Of a stretch of DNA of 63,852 nt, positions 51,860 through 63,852 are shown piece by piece. This stretch comes from Podarcis vaucheri (taxonomy: Eukaryota). A program made the translations under genes and the position numbers. The DNA lies in NCBI GenBank assembly GCA_965113315.1, contig OZ220368.1, one strand, 5' to 3'. The notes under the pieces are model-generated. The model saw nothing but the letters and a program-made list of their open reading frames with translations, was not told the origin of the DNA and ran no database searches. Numbering within the stretch: position 1 is the first letter of the stretch; each line of letters opens with the position of its first letter.

Positions 51860-52700
51860 CCTCCGCCTGGCCTTTCCCCTCCAGGGACCCGGTGTCATCC
51901 TTAGATAAACAAAGCCATTCTGCACGGCCCCGAAGAGGGGAGGAGGGTATGCCTCGTCCTTAAATGAAAAAAAATGCACCCTCCAAGTTTATGGATATGG
52001 ATATAAGCAGACCCCTCCCACCTCAGGGATGATGGCCCAACCCCCGTTCGGATGTAAACAAGCCCCATCTCCTGCCCTAGCGCCTCCGGCCCCAGAGACG
52101 CTCCGGCCTCTCAGACGCGCCCCGCTCGCACCTCTTCTCGACCACCGGGTTCCCTTCTCTCGCTCTGCATGGCCGGGGATGAGGGCGGATGCAGGCAACG
52201 GCCCCGGCACCTGCAATCAGCTCCCCATAACAGCGGCCGCCGCCATGTTAGCTCCGATCATGTGACCAGGCGCCGCCGCGGCCTGCGCGGGGTGAGAGTT
52301 CAGAGGGAGGAAGCTGTTCTCATGGCAACGGGGCGGCAAAGAGCGGTCTGGGACTCGGGACTTTTTCTTTTGCTACCACGCTTCCTTCTTCGCGCCGCAA
52401 ATACCACCCAGCTTGATGCGATCTCCCTCAGCCCCTCCTCTAACACCACCAGGAGCCGGATGCCCGAGACGCAACTGCTCACTCCCCAAATCCCCACGCT
52501 GGGCTATAAACGTCCCCGGCACAAAGCAGCACTTCCTCTCCCGTCGCTCGGCGTCTCCCTCAAAATCTGCCCCCTTAGCGGACGTCTGTGTTTTGAAGAG
52601 AAGCACGGAAGGTACATTCTTTTACGCAAGCAAATCCTCCGGCAAGTCGGCGAAGGAAACAGGGACACTGCTAAATGCGTGCAACACCCCTGTCGTAACA
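51860..52700 (-). promoter_or_regulatory. Intronic CpG island / candidate internal promoter of RNF220
   Basis: Sharp rise in GC and CpG content with no recognisable repeat. RFX X-box GTTCTCATGGCAAC 52316-52329; E-box TCATGTGACC 52258-52267; YY1 motif CCGCCATGTT 52240-52249; GGGCGG boxes. Boundaries approximate. Confidence 0.8.
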
Positions 52701-52943
52701 TCAAGGCTGCCTCCCTGTGTCTTAAGTGTTCATACGTGTACATACATTCCTATACAACTACAGACAAGATGCATTCTGCTCCCCAAGCAGAAATTTAACT
52801 TGCAGAGACTTTGAGAAATGAGCAGAAAAATGGCAAGCTAGCCGCTCAAGCTAACAAAATTTGGAAAGGTAACTCTGCAATTAGCAGGGACAGAAGTACC
52901 CCGATATTGTCTCCCTTGTAAACAGAAAGTTCAAGCTTATACC

Positions 52944-53088
52944 TAGTGCTTCTGGGGGTTGCAGGGGTTCGCATACCCCTAAACATTTTGTGAATCTAAG
53001 TTTGGCATCATTGAGGGGCAGTATTTCAATATGAGTAGGAAAATGAGAGTACCCCTAAACATTTTTTTAGAAGAAAAAAAAAGCACGG
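52944..53088. mobile_element. Short hAT-like MITE
   Basis: Ends tagtgctt.../...aaaagcacgg; internal repeat tacccctaaacatttt twice; flanks cttatacc / cttatttc form an imperfect 8-bp TSD. Confidence 0.55.
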
Positions 53089-56000
53089 CTTATTTCTATC
53101 ACAAAAAGTGCAGGAACCCACACCAACTTTCTGTAGAAGACAAGCTGCCTTTTTGGGTGCCCTGCACCAATAAAGTAACTTCCCAGGTATAAGCAGCTCC
53201 ATAACTTTGAACCTTAAGAACCCTCAGCAGTAATAGTTGTGAGGCTAAGCAGAGGAAAAACACAACCCAGCAGTGCACACTTGCACACAAACTGCAACTG
53301 TATAAAGGTACCCCCTCTTGACAAATTGATGATGTCTCCATTCTGAGAGGCACCACTTTTCTAAGAAATGCTATAGGTATCACTGTACGTTGCAAGAATC
53401 ACATCCAGTAAATTGTTCTTCGCAAGTGTGGAAAGTCTGGCGTTTTATTAAGCTATGTGAAATACTTAGTATTTTATCTGTTGTGTGCATGTATAATAAA
53501 AAGGGCTAACAAAAAGTGGTGTGTGCAGGTCTTGTAGACTCCTAGGAACATAAGCATTCCTCCCTTTTCCTGTCAAAAGGCAGTGATGAGCTGAAGTTCT
53601 CTATAGGGATGAAATGAAGATAAAACCTTACCAAATACAACATGTTATTGGACAAAGCAGTCATTATTTTATTCTTTTATGACTCTAAAGTCACAGTCAG
53701 TGATTGCAAGAATGATAAATCTATAAAATGGCCTTTATCCTGCCAACCAGGGTCCACATCCTGCAAACACTTAAGGGAAGTGATTCACTTTGATCCTATT
53801 AGCAATCCTGCTGAAGCCATCAAAGACTATCCAAGTGTTTAAAGGCAAACATGTGTGACAGTGTTGCAATCCTGAGGCCTAAATTGCTTTTAAAAAACCC
53901 AACCTTTAAAAACCGTAAGCCTCTCGAAATGCTTTTTTCCTAAGCTTTTGAATTATTTCAATATACCGGGCTTTTCCATGTTTCTTTTCAGTAAATACAT
54001 AACTTAAGGGATGAAATTTGGGACAGGTCTGCACCCTTCTGATCTCTCTGCTATTTTATACTTTTTAACTCATTTTGATCTCTCTTGCACAGCTCCCCTA
54101 CAAGGTGGGGACACTAGCTGTACAGTCTTAAATGAGAGATTACTAATTATTTATTGTAGTCTGTTCCCATTTATATTCATTATAATTCACTGGGGTCAAT
54201 TGCATTTAAGATATCTTAGGTCAATATGCACAGAAGTAGACAGCATGATTTTGAAGGGGGGGAAAGAAAAATCAAGTATTTTGGGCAATCTCAACTGTCT
54301 GCTGTCTATTTATATTCCTAATTAGCACCTCTGTATGCTAAGTCTGCACTGATTTTAAGAAACAGCGAATGCCTTGCATCTGTCACAAACTGATATATGA
54401 ATGAAATGCTTTATATTTCACAGATGTTAAGACATTAGTTTGTAAGCTAAAACAAGTAGTAAAATACATATTATTGAGGTTTTGAGGAGAGAGGAGGAGG
54501 GCAATTGTTTCAAGTGAAGTCTCGGCTGACAGCTTCGTTCTAGTACACTGAGCCTCTTCTTTAGAAGCTTTATCCACATTATCTGATGCACTTGAGTTGC
54601 CAATGGACTATCCCTCAGTGACTAGTGCAAGAATGCAGCACATCACAATATACTAGTCTTTATATTTCTGGGTGCAAAATACTGTAACGTATCTTGGAGT
54701 TTAGGGAGTACCATAGGGAATTCCTTCACTCTACTGTTTAAGCACATCTTCAAAGGATGTGTGTATTATGAATCTTTGGAAGACAAGATCAGCCCATATA
54801 AAGACCAGCCAGCAACCAGCAAAGGCATTGTGTGTACTTGTGCAAAGCAAAAACAAATCTCTGTAATAAACTGGATAATGTAAGCATATTTTAATGGCCT
54901 GATTAGTACTGTACATGCTAGCAATATCTATGGAAGGTGGAGGGAACATGGGCCGGCACATTTACAGAAGGAGCTATAGCCTACTGATTCTGCCAAAGGC
55001 AGAATGTACCTGGGCTGAATGAGATTAGCTCCTCCTCTCATTCTGACTGCCTAGAGAGAGGGTGAAATCCTATTTTTAATGGATTTTTCTTCAGGCAAAT
55101 TGCACTTTTACCAAGCAGCTCCACTCTACTTACTATCCAAACCCTGGTCTGGAATATTGGAACCTGACTCTGTCTAGTGCTTAGCATCCTCATTTCACAT
55201 TTATTACAAGGAGAGATAGGAATGCTCCAATATTTTCTAGGACCTGACCTAAATTGATTCTCTGTGTTAGAATGCTAACATACTCTTTAACTGGAACAGT
55301 TCTTTCTTTTTGTCAAGAAACAGTCATGTCATTAATCCTATTCTTATGCAGAAAGCTGGGAAGAAAGGACACAGTATAAAAATTCCATTTTCAAAAAGCA
55401 ATACTGTTCTCCTTGTGTTACTCAAGAGATGTCAGATTAATGCAGCCAGAGCAACTTCAAACCTCTCATTTACCTACCTACCTACATTTCTGCTTCCTTT
55501 CACCTCTTTTCCTTAACCATCCTGCCTTTGCTATTTCACTCAACATGATCAGTCAAAAAAACCAACAACTTCCTGTCAGTTTCACTTGCTCTCTCTGAAA
55601 ACAATTCAAGGCTTCTGGGCCTGAGCTGCAAATGCAGAGGGGCCAGTTTCAATTGCAACATAATCTGTTCTTTTTCTTTATACCATAATTCCACAACAAT
55701 ATTTGTAGTAGCCTTTCTGTAACTCTAGTTTAAATCAAATGCATGTGGGACAACACTGTTAACTTAAAACATTTCTCCCCTTTTCTATAAGAACACAGAA
55801 AAATGCAGTATAGGTGCCAAACAGCCAAGTTGGAGAGAGCTAGCAACTAATTTTGGCTGCCAAATTATAACTTGGACTAGATCCTAGTTTTCTGATCAAC
55901 CTTTCAGCTCTCATAATAATGCTTCACTTCCTAATTCTGTTCCTACTGAATTTTCCCTTGCTTTACGATATTACATTTGTATCCAACTAGATCTAAATAC

Positions 56001-56785
56001 ATATTTCAGGAACTGTTGACCATTAATTACCCCATGTGGCAAGCAAAATCACTACAACTTCTTGGGCAGGTACCTTCCAGAATGACTATTCAAGCCTGGG
56101 CAGGAAGGAAAACAAGAGGGCTTCTTGTCTCAGTAGAACTTTGCTTGTTCTACTAAGATCCATTCCAGACTGTTACTATTTTGCGGTAAAGATTCAAATG
56201 CATATCAGCTAATTTCGGTTTGCACAATTAAAGTAGATTAAAGCATTCTGGTGCTCTTGCACAACAGCCCCACTTTAGAAAAAGGACTTTTGGTGGTGCG
56301 AAAAGTGATGAGGCAATACAGTAGAAAGTGTTGGAAATGATTGACAGGAAGCCATATATCAATGCAAACAAACCAGGATGAAACAAAATTTAAAAAAATC
56401 CTTCCAGTAGCACCTTAGAGTAAAACAAGGATGAATGTTCAATAAACAGGTCATGTGGAGGTACCCCAGTTCTGCCTTCTGGTTTACCCTCTTTCCTGAT
56501 TTTACTATGTTCCTGACTCCTACTGGCTGTGCGTTGGTTTTTTTGTCCTCTGATCCTTATTACTCTATGTTCCTGAGTCCTGTCTTCTGATTTCACCTCT
56601 GGTACTAATTGCTATTAAGTCTTTATTCTCTGACCCTGCCTCCTCACTTCCCTTGGGTCCATGTTCCCAACTCCAGACCACAACCCATGGCCCAGTTCTG
56701 ACAGCTCTAGATGTATGGCTGTGGTTCATGTGGTTATTTTGTAAGGAATTTTAGAAAGCTTGGACAGGACAGCTCTGTTGTTGCT

Positions 56786-56913
56786 TTACAAAAGGTAGGT
56801 GCAGATGCAGATTACCATTTACTATGTAATTGCCACTTGCAAACACATGCATGCTGTAGTGTTTGCAGGTGGCAATTACATAGTAAATGGTAATCTGCAC
56901 CTATCTTTTGTAA
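56786..56913. repeat. 55-bp near-perfect inverted repeat with 12-nt loop
   Basis: 56786-56846 pairs with 56859-56913, with 2 transition mismatches and a 6-nt TGCAGA duplication bulge. Confidence 0.95.
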
Positions 56914-58289
56914 CCTCATGGCAGCTGATTGCACCATTTATCCACATAAAATATATGTTCTCTACATATCTCTGCTAGCAGGGATGTGGAAATATTTGCT
57001 TTATCACAGAGAGCTCCCCCATGCAACTGCAGGTGCATCAGGTTAAGTTTTCATGTGACTATGGGCTAAATGGTGAACTGTTTCTGTCCTTGCTAAGCCA
57101 CCAACAGAGCTTATCAGTGCAAACTTTGTGAAATTTCCTTCAGAACAACCTCATAAGCAAAAGTTTGCTTCCCAATCTCTCACTAATATATACAGTATAT
57201 TTCCTAGCAGATCATAAATGCCATAAAGAACTTGCAATGCAAAATTACCAGCACCGCAGTTTTAAAGAAATATATAATCAGGGCACACATCCAGCACATG
57301 AAAAACTCAGCTTGCAGCTCTTGGAATCAGGGGGAGAATTTTATTTTATTTTATTTTATTTGCATAAAGCCCATTGGATTAGCTCCCAGAGGAGATTTAT
57401 CTCTGATGCCTGTGTATTTCCCTAGTCATATTCTAGTTATACACTGGAGTTGCTTTGTGCTACTCTGGCCTGCAAATTCTAGAGCAGTAAAAAATACAAA
57501 AAAGGATCATCCTCCAGTCTTCTACCCTATAAAAGCAAACTATAATTCCCATTTGCCTCTCCATCAAGAATTTATGAGTCTCCATGAAGTGCCTGTTGTG
57601 AAAAGTAAAGCCATCAAATGCAAACTGGGATCACTTACTGCATACAGAAGAATACTATTAGCAATGTTTATCTGTATTTGACAATATTCAGAACAGTGTT
57701 GATTCATTTTTGAGAGCATGAACTAGCAGAAAGTACAGAGTGTGAACACTTCATATCTCTGGCATAGTCTGAACTATATAAACTATGACTATGGCTGGAG
57801 CTACTAACAATTAAGAAAAGACATATAATGCTAGATATATTCGTCATACAATAGACACAAACGTTCACCCCAGCCTCAGACCACTACTGATTCATTAGCA
57901 CAGTTATGCACTGGCTGCATTCCAATTAGTAGTACAGCCCATATACCCATGGAGATGATGGGCAGCACCCCATAATGTGTGCGTGTGCATATTTCAGACT
58001 CTAATAGGAACTGTAGTTGTACAGTGACCTTCTATTGGCTTTGGACACAGTACAGCAAATAACCTTTGTGTTCACACCTTAATAAACTATACAAAACTTA
58101 CTGACCAATAAAATTGACAAGGCTACAACACTTTACACCTGCAAGTTCCATTTACATGATTTTCAGAATGGAGTCCCACTGGTGGTGACTTTTTTCTGGC
58201 TAATTGGGGCATTATGCCTAGTCCTATTTTCCATCCATTTGCAAAATACAGTAATATCAAAATTAAAACTAACGTTATTCAATAATAGT

Positions 58290-58547
58290 TACAGGGTACC
58301 AGGCAGAGGGCCTTCTCAGTAGTGGCACTCTCCCTGCGGAATGCCCTCCCTTCAGATGTCAAGGAGATAACTTTTAGAAGACAACTTTTAGAAGACATCT
58401 GAAGGCAGCCCTGTACTGGGAGATTTTATGTTTTTAGATATGCTGTAAGCCGCCCAGAGTGGGTGGGGTATAGAGATGGTTGGGGAATAAATATTATTCT
58501 TATTCTTATTCTTATTCTTATTCTTATTCTTATTCTTATTCTTATTC
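58290..58547 (+). mobile_element. L2 LINE 3' end with (TTATTC)9 tail
   Basis: agggccttctcagtagtggcactctccctgcggaatgccctccc...tgtaagccgcccagagt, followed by the microsatellite 58494-58547. Confidence 0.75.
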
Positions 58548-58848
58548 AATACTTAACAACTGTATTTTATGCCATGGTGCACCAAGAAGCATTAGGAACC
58601 AGAAAGCTATACTGGGTGCAAACCTGTTAAGGGTATTATTTAACATTTGTATACCATAGTACTTTTTTAAGCAAGATTTCCCAGATGCAAGGACATATGC
58701 ATTAAACAAGTGGGATATTATAATCCCTGAAAAACATAAAAGACGAAAAAGTTAAGGACTTGAATGGCAGCACTGAAAGAACTAGTAGTGGCACTTAGTA
58801 ATTCCTGGTTTCCAGTCATCAGCTGAGTCCTCCTGGTTGCTCTCTCAC

Positions 58849-58944
58849 CTGGTATCTGTCTGAGTGATGGATATCATCTGAGGAGTGAGGTGATGCCGTT
58901 GGAGAGTCTCCTTCTCGCTTGATTGAGGCTGACAACAAAATTGA
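58849..58944 (-). CDS. RNF220: RNF220 internal coding exon (SILLSASIKREGDSPTASPHSSDDIHHSDRYQ), 96 nt, phase 0/0
   Basis: Minus strand reads cttcttccacag|TCAATT...TACCAG|gtgaga. The translation matches the recalled vertebrate RNF220 segment SLLLSASIKREGESPTASPHSS..DDLHHSDRYQ. Confidence 0.95.
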
Positions 58945-60804
58945 CTGTGGAAGAAGCGGGGAAAGGGAGAAGCAGTTAACAATGCAAAGTGTTCCTTGTT
59001 CTCAAGAGGAAGCGTAGAAGGATGTGTGATATGTAATAGCAAAAAAATGCTAATTAAGAAAACATGATCACCAACAACCAGCTATAAAGAGGGACATCTT
59101 CTAAGTTAGATGGACATAACTCTTGAGAAGGTTTTTGAGAATGAAGCAGGAAGTCATTAAGAGAGCTAAATATTCACCTGTTCACGCCAAACCTGTCACC
59201 CAGTATGGGACAAACAAGAATATCATTTCTAGGCCTCATGTGTGGTGGCTTGCATACAGTGCCTATGGTTAGGAATGGATGCATGAGCATTGCCCCTCCT
59301 CTGTCCTCCATTGTGCTCCTAAGTTTGTGTTAGTGGCAGAGGTAGCTGTATTATTTAGCTTTGTATCTCTCACATGAAAATACATCACTGAAGAACAACA
59401 CTGGCAGTCATGACATAGAAATACCAGTACACAACTACATCTTGCAGTAACTACTGCCCATTAGGCAAAGAGAGATGATTTGGAAAAAGTAAAGACAGCA
59501 ACTTGGAATTGTTGGGTTAAGTGAAAGGCACTGTATGAAATAATGTTCCCCCATCATCTCCATTCCAGTATCACTGGCATACACATTGGGAAACTACATA
59601 ATTATACATACAGGTAAAGTATACATCACCTGGGATTATAAAAGAATGTGCAATACTATCTTCTGCACCTGGACAAGAAAGATGCCACCAAAAATTCATA
59701 GGATAAAGGTGAGCAGTGCCTTGGTCAAATGACCACATACGAGGCTCCCTAATAAGCCCATGCTAAATATTGCTTTTGTTAAAGAAAACTTTTTTATTTG
59801 CATTTTCTTAGCCATTGAAATACTATCTGAGGGTTTAAACAGGGATACAAGCAAAAGCACCTCAGTTGCACCACTAACTTTTAACGTGCATGAAAATCTC
59901 TCAGAAAATGTACTCAAACAAAAAGACATAAAAGCAGTAATGCACAATCAGAAGAAGCATTTGGCGCCAAACACTATTCAACTTCATAGATCCATTCAGT
60001 AATTACAAATATTAGTATATTATTAAACCTTTTTCTAATTACAGGATTTCCTGTTAATCCCAGAAATATCCCAAATAACACAGACATTTCCTTTCTTTTA
60101 CCACAAGTTATGCAGGCAAAATGGTCAGCAGTTTACTTGAAATTGTGAAGGTTATCAGTACTGTGCAAACTTCAGAGCAATGGCAGAGGTATAAATTCCA
60201 TTCACAAAAAAGATTTATGGGAAATGATAGAGCACTTTGACAATATTTTAAGGAGGTTCATTTACTGAGAACAGGGATGCTAACAGGATTTTCTGGGCTC
60301 ACTATATGTTGATTTGACTCTCCACCCATTTACATATATTTGCATATGCTTTGTCATTTGTGCAAATATTCTCATTTTCAGGTGGAGTGCAGCCCCCCCC
60401 CAAAAAACCAGTGGTCACTGACAAACAGCAGGTGAGCAGGTGTAGCTCACAGGCTCAGCAACAGGAGATAGCTTTTTCTTTTTTCACTCTTCTTCCCCCC
60501 TCATTAACCACAATTTTAGTTCCAGGATGTTTCAGGAACTCTTTCTTTCTTGGGAGGGGGATATGTCACGATAATGATGGAGCTTAGTATCCTGTGGATC
60601 TACACCCTCCCCTGCTACCTTTGATCATGTCCTGCTTTGGTCTTCATCATTCACAAAACACTGTCAGTGGGACAGTGTTATTGGTGGAGCTTTCTGACTC
60701 ACTGGTGGTCAGTTGGGCAGCTGGACTTCCTCTCTGTTAGCATTGTGGCCCTTCTGCCAATCCTATAGTTCCTCAGCTGCCCTTTAGGGGAGCAAAGAAT
60801 TGCC

Positions 60805-60832
60805 AAACAAACAAACAAACAAACAAACAAAC
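60805..60832. repeat. (AAAC)7 microsatellite
   Basis: Read directly. Confidence 0.95.
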
Positions 60833-63800
60833 AGGTTGTCTCATTTGACTTCCATTTTTGTGTAATTTACAAGGTTGCTTGTTATACTTGAAATAGTCTT
60901 CTTCTCATTCCCATTAATCCAGCTGATAACTCTCTAAGTAACTCTATTCAGACCACTTTTTAAAAAAAACAAAAACCAAAGCCTTTCTGAACCAGCCTAG
61001 CCTCATATCACCCACTTCTCTGTTGCCACTGGATTATCCCCCATCCCCAGTGGTGACCCCAGGCAAGGTGCCCACCCACTCCAAACCATCTGAGCTCTGT
61101 AAAATAAGCTCAGCTAAGTAGTGAACCACTTAAAATGTGCACATATTTGCATGTCAATGGCTATTAGCCTATTTTCTAGGAAATTTGCCAACCCAATTAC
61201 ATTAACTTCTCTGGGCTGGTGTGTAATGTACAAAAACTGACCAACAGCTCCTCACTAAACTTACCACAGCCTTATGGTTGGGTTTGGATTTATAATCTTG
61301 ACTGATTCAACTTCAGCTCAGATTAGTCATATACACAGACACTTTAAAACCAAAAAAGTTTGTGACAGCTGAAAGCCCCTGTCTTTTGAGATAATGCAGT
61401 GGTCACTTTGGCAGGGGGTGAAAACTGTTACTGTTTTGCTGTTTTAACTAATGTTTCCTTGTGTTTTGTGATCATGTAGTTTATTATAATTTATTTGAAA
61501 AAGAGGGGTGTAAGTTTATTAAATAAATAGGCAAATAGAACAATGTTTATAAAATCCTACACGAACCAATCATTTGAAGAACAAATACCCTGGTCTTCTA
61601 ACTGCAGCAAGAAACAATTTTCAGAGAAGTACCCACCTTGCAAAAATGTGACCATCTTTGTATCAAAAAGGGCCAAGATAGCAAAATAAAATTTGAAGCT
61701 AAAGGATGGGATCCTTCTCCCCATATCATAATAGGATAGATACAGTATTTTGACATCAGGGAGGGCTCTGGTTGCAATGTAAACTTTCTCAGATTGCATG
61801 TAACACCCTGATCGCAGGAGTTAAAGATACTTCCCTTTTCAATTTGCTTCTGTGAAGAAATAAAAGTGCACAAGCCATCGACTCTGCTTCAAGGAACCTC
61901 AACAATGACTCTCATTGCTCCTCATCAGCCCCCACATGCCTGCCTGCCCACTCCCATCCACCCTTGCAAGTCGCTCTAATCCAATATTATTATCTGAAAA
62001 ATGGCTGGGCTAGCTACGGAGACAGTAAATTAAACGTTATGTATTAGTTTTTAGCATGTGGTCCCAAGAAGAACGCTGGCCCCATTTATTCGGCAAACCT
62101 CCTGAGCACCATGACAACGACCTCCAGAAAAAATGCAGGGCTAAACTAATCCCAAAGACGTCAATCTCAGACCCTCTTCTACATACGCTTGCCGTTTAGA
62201 TGAATAAACTGTCTTCTTAAAATGGTAGCAAGCGGTTCTATTCTAAATACCTCGGCAGCATGTTAAACACTGTATCAGTGAGTCAAGCCCCTGCCCTAGC
62301 ACCAAACTGCACTTCATTTGTGTTTCTCATTTCACCAAGGTGGAATGGCAACTGCTTCTCCATTTAGGCTGCGTCAGGAGGATTATCAGGCACATAGATG
62401 GGATGGAGGGGGAGGAATGGGAGCAGAAGGTTTAGAATTAGAAATCTTGTCAGCTTTAAATGCCCATCTCCCTCCTCCCTACCAGCATTAGTGTTTGGTT
62501 GTTGGCTGGTAGATTATGCTCAAAGCTGGACTCAGATTTGATCAAAGGTGGGTCACCCCAATGACACCACAACCATCTTTTTGATAGCGGGTAAAAAATG
62601 GATTCGAGGGTAAAGAAGAAACAAGAAGAAGGGATGGATGGGTGGATGATAGATTGAGGGAGAGGAAGATTAAGTCTTTCTTTGTGGCACATTGTCTGCC
62701 ACCAGACAATACAAAATGTCCAAATCAATTAACCCAATGGTACAGGACAACTATACACTATACAACTATTGACACTATAATCATGAAGGGTTTTTTTTTT
62801 AAAAAAAGAAATAAGCCAGTCAATTCAACCCACCCCACAAAAAAACCACAAAAGGCAACCTGAACTCTTGTGATTGGACCCTGTGATACACCAGCAGCCT
62901 TTGTTCCCTAGGGAGTTACTATCTACAAGGAAAAATTATGTCTCCTCATGCCCCCTGGACACTCTCAATACTGGGTCATCTTTCCTGCCGTCTCAAAGAA
63001 ACTTGACATTCCTAGCAAAATGGTTGAAATCAAAAAGCAGAGAACGCTGTTAATTGAATATAATATTGTATTTCTCCTTTGTCTCTTGAATCGAACCAGT
63101 GGAATGGCACCAAAATGTCATGGAGAATAAATGCTTCCAAGTCACCAAACATATTGGAACCACTGAAGATTGCCCAAATATCGGGGGGCAGGATTTACCT
63201 AACAAACCCCATCAGTTGAAGGCCTCTGCAACGGGACTTTCCTCCCACTATTCCTACTGTGAAATTGGCTGGGGGGAGGGTAAGAAGAACCCAGAATAGC
63301 ATATGGGGAGGGGGGATTGTTCTCTCTGGCCAGCTGATATACTTGTGGAGACAGAATGTTTGCAATAGCAAGATGTTGAATTTCACCCTAGATTTCTCTT
63401 GGCTTTGTCTTCTACATAGCAATGGAGCTTTTTGGTTATATTAACCTACTCTGCAATCTAGTATGGAGGATGCAGATATATTGGTAATTGTGCTAATTGT
63501 GCAAGACCAGCACCCTGAAGTCCAGCCCTCCCCTCCTTCCCAAGCACTAATCTGTAAAAGCAACCAAGAACCTGACCAAACCCTTCTCAGCGAGAGCTCC
63601 TTTCCCTATACCATTTCCAAGGCAAGCCACCATTTCACTCTGGAAAGGCAGAGCAAGAGACTTGTGCGAGTACCAGTGAGGCCTCATATTTCTAGCCCTC
63701 CTTTAAATCATCCCTCCGTTGGGTAAAGGCACTCTCTGTTGAGGTTATAAACCCTAAGAGGATCAGCCTCAGCATTACACCTGGGGCACGCTAAATAAAA

Positions 63801-63852
63801 AAAGGTCACCGGTGCTTTTTAAACATGGACAAAAAAGCAGTAAAATGTGTTT

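Noticed and set aside
52169-52798. 209-aa plus-strand ORF and overlapping ORFs in the CpG island
   Set aside because: No recognisable domain; long ORFs in several frames are expected from stop-codon depletion in GC-rich DNA.
58945-63852. Upstream small RNF220 exon (KNSLLKDAMAPGTPK-like)
   Set aside because: No matching sequence with splice sites was seen; probably outside the window, though a short diverged exon could be missed.

Overview
Eukaryotic, repeat-rich vertebrate genomic DNA from a squamate reptile, probably a lacertid lizard (Sauria SINE, BovB, CR1, L2 and MITE content). The whole window lies inside one gene, RNF220 (E3 ubiquitin ligase), on the minus strand. Eight internal coding exons were reconstructed by hand, all with AG/GT boundaries and matching phases: 58944-58849, 51358-51316, 41533-41490 (or -41412), 39653-39521, 16890-16794, 16146-16060, 13629-13574 and 10959-10881. 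I did not find the N-terminal exons or the final RING-encoding exons, so they presumably lie outside the window. Nearly all ORFs in the six-frame track are spurious. The most interesting signals are: (1) an intronic CpG-island promoter (RFX/E-box/YY1) about 0.9 kb upstream of the 43-nt exon, with a uORF arrangement that could control an N-terminally truncated isoform; (2) an alternative 5' splice site that adds or removes a 26-aa C2HC/UBZ-like zinc finger; (3) two long intronic fold-back hairpins (60-bp perfect stem; 55-bp near-perfect stem); (4) several PBX-HOX/MEIS motif clusters resembling conserved enhancers; (5) young transposon insertions. I cannot show that any of this is a previously undescribed system. 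Family names come from recall, not database searches.
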